A stretch of 62,864 nt of DNA, taken from Gammaproteobacteria bacterium. GTDB lineage: Bacteria > Pseudomonadota > Gammaproteobacteria > GCA-001735895. This document shows, in pieces, positions 61,866 to 62,864 of this stretch (position 1 is its first letter; every line of letters begins with the position of its first letter). The notes under the pieces were generated by a model. It did no database searches. It was not told the origin of the DNA and was given only the letters and a program-made list of their open reading frames with translations. Both the position numbers and the translations under genes were made by a program. Location of the stretch: NCBI GenBank assembly GCA_050295575.1, contig JBNKPX010000005.1, positions 1 to 62,864 of the forward strand. The letters are read 5' to 3'.

Positions 61866-62864
61866 ATGAAAACAATCACTAAGATCTTTATCTTTTTTAT
61901 CGCGGCTATGGGTATCAGTTTTGCTGCGCAGGCAAAAACGTTACGCCTCGCGTATGACGCTGACCCTGTATCTCTGGACCCGCATGAGCAGCTATCAGGC
62001 GGTACACTTCAGTATTCCCACATGGTTTTCGACCCATTGGTACGCTGGTCCAAAACGATGGACTTTGAGCCCCGTCTGGCAACATCATGGGAACGTACCG
62101 ACAAATATACCGTACGCTTCAATTTACGTAAGAATGTAAAATTCCATTCGGGTAACACGCTCACTACTAAAGATGTACTGTTCACTTACAACCGCCTCTT
62201 AGAAAGCCCTGACTTCAAGGCACTGTTCCAGCCATTCAAAGAATTGAAAGTGATTGATGACTACACTTTTGATCTGATTACCACTGAGCCATACCCTCTG
62301 GTAATGCATATGGCGACCTATATTTTTCCTATGGATAGCACTTTTTACAGCGGTAACGATGATAAAGGCCAGCCCAAAGCCATGCTGAAAAAGCACGGTG
62401 ATACCTATGCTTCAACCCATGCTTCCGGTACCGGGCCGTATATAGTGAGTGCTCGTCAGCAGGGCGTAAAAGTTGAGTTCGACCGCTTTGACGGTTACTG
62501 GGATAAAAGTTCTCCCGGCAATGTTGATAAAATTGTTTTGACACCTATCAAAGAGGCACCGACTCGCGTTGCGGCTTTACTGTCTGGCGATGTGGACTTC
62601 ATTGCTCCAGTTCCGCCTACCGATCTGGAACGTATTAAGAAAAACCCTGACACTGACCTGATTACAATGTCGGGTACGCGAATTATCACTTTGCAGATGA
62701 ACCAGAAAAGAGTCCCTCAGTTTAAGGACGCACGTGTACGTCAGGCGATGGTTTATGCAGTGAATAATGCGGGAATCGTGAAAAAAATCATGCGTGGTTT
62801 TGGTACCGCAGCTGCACAGCAAAGCCCGCGGGGTTATGTGGGACATGGTCCAGGATTGGTTACA
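61866..62864 (+). CDS. ABC transporter substrate-binding protein, family 5 (peptide/nickel/opine type), 3' end outside window
   Basis: My own translation: MKTITKIFIFFIAAMGISFAAQA-KTLRLAYDADPVSLDPHEQLSGGTLQYSHMVFDPLVRW...TGPYIVSARQQGVKVEFDRFDGYWD... The frame is open to the window end and is absent from the ORF track. Confidence 0.85.
   Translation, partial: MKTITKIFIFFIAAMGISFAAQAKTLRLAYDADPVSLDPHEQLSGGTLQYSHMVFDPLVRWSKTMDFEPRLATSWERTDKYTVRFNLRKNVKFHSGNTLTTKDVLFTYNRLLESPDFKALFQPFKELKVIDDYTFDLITTEPYPLVMHMATYIFPMDSTFYSGNDDKGQPKAMLKKHGDTYASTHASGTGPYIVSARQQGVKVEFDRFDGYWDKSSPGNVDKIVLTPIKEAPTRVAALLSGDVDFIAPVPPTDLERIKKNPDTDLITMSGTRIITLQMNQKRVPQFKDARVRQAMVYAVNNAGIVKKIMRGFGTAAAQQSPRGYVGHGPGLVT

Overview
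62.9-kb chromosomal window from a Gram-negative, gammaproteobacterium-like genome (inferred from gene content). I saw no rRNA, tRNA, CRISPR, prophage or transposase genes. Left edge: one-carbon/methylated-amine-type redox genes (partial flavoprotein C-terminus, DJ-1/PfpI with a divergent LysR regulator, hydantoinase/oxoprolinase-like ATPase, ferredoxin, small 'virulence-factor'-domain protein). The stand-out region is 8.1-27.1 kb. It holds a same-strand array of four large hybrid histidine kinases with four different sensor heads but one near-identical ~1.5-kb HisKA-HATPase-REC-tail output module. A TonB-dependent receptor + YfiR (DUF4154) pair sits inside the array, and a ~0.4-kb leader is duplicated, through RBS and ATG, in front of two of the units. 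Downstream: light-damage operon ybgA-merR(LitR-like)-phr-snoaL, an unknown 327-aa protein, an alpha/beta hydrolase, Lhr helicase, a MocR/GNAT/PNPOx cluster, an RRM protein, a Hyi-like isomerase, DUF2238, and an HDOD protein preceded by a decayed GGDEF-EAL gene. Then purU, a DUF3592 membrane protein, an OlsF-like bifunctional acyltransferase, and a phnCDE-GHIJKLM + DUF1045 C-P lyase operon with a Pho-box-like promoter. Right edge: a cold-shock gene, an NYN protein, a CDF transporter + DUF77, a DXD glycosyltransferase-like gene and a partial family-5 substrate-binding protein. Intergenic DNA carries at least three repeat families: a MITE-like insertion with terminal inverted repeats and a 10-bp direct duplication, a ~155-bp hairpin-rich element, and ACCACRGAG-type REP units including a 2 x ~315-bp tandem. 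All domain calls come from motif recognition by eye; no searches were run.
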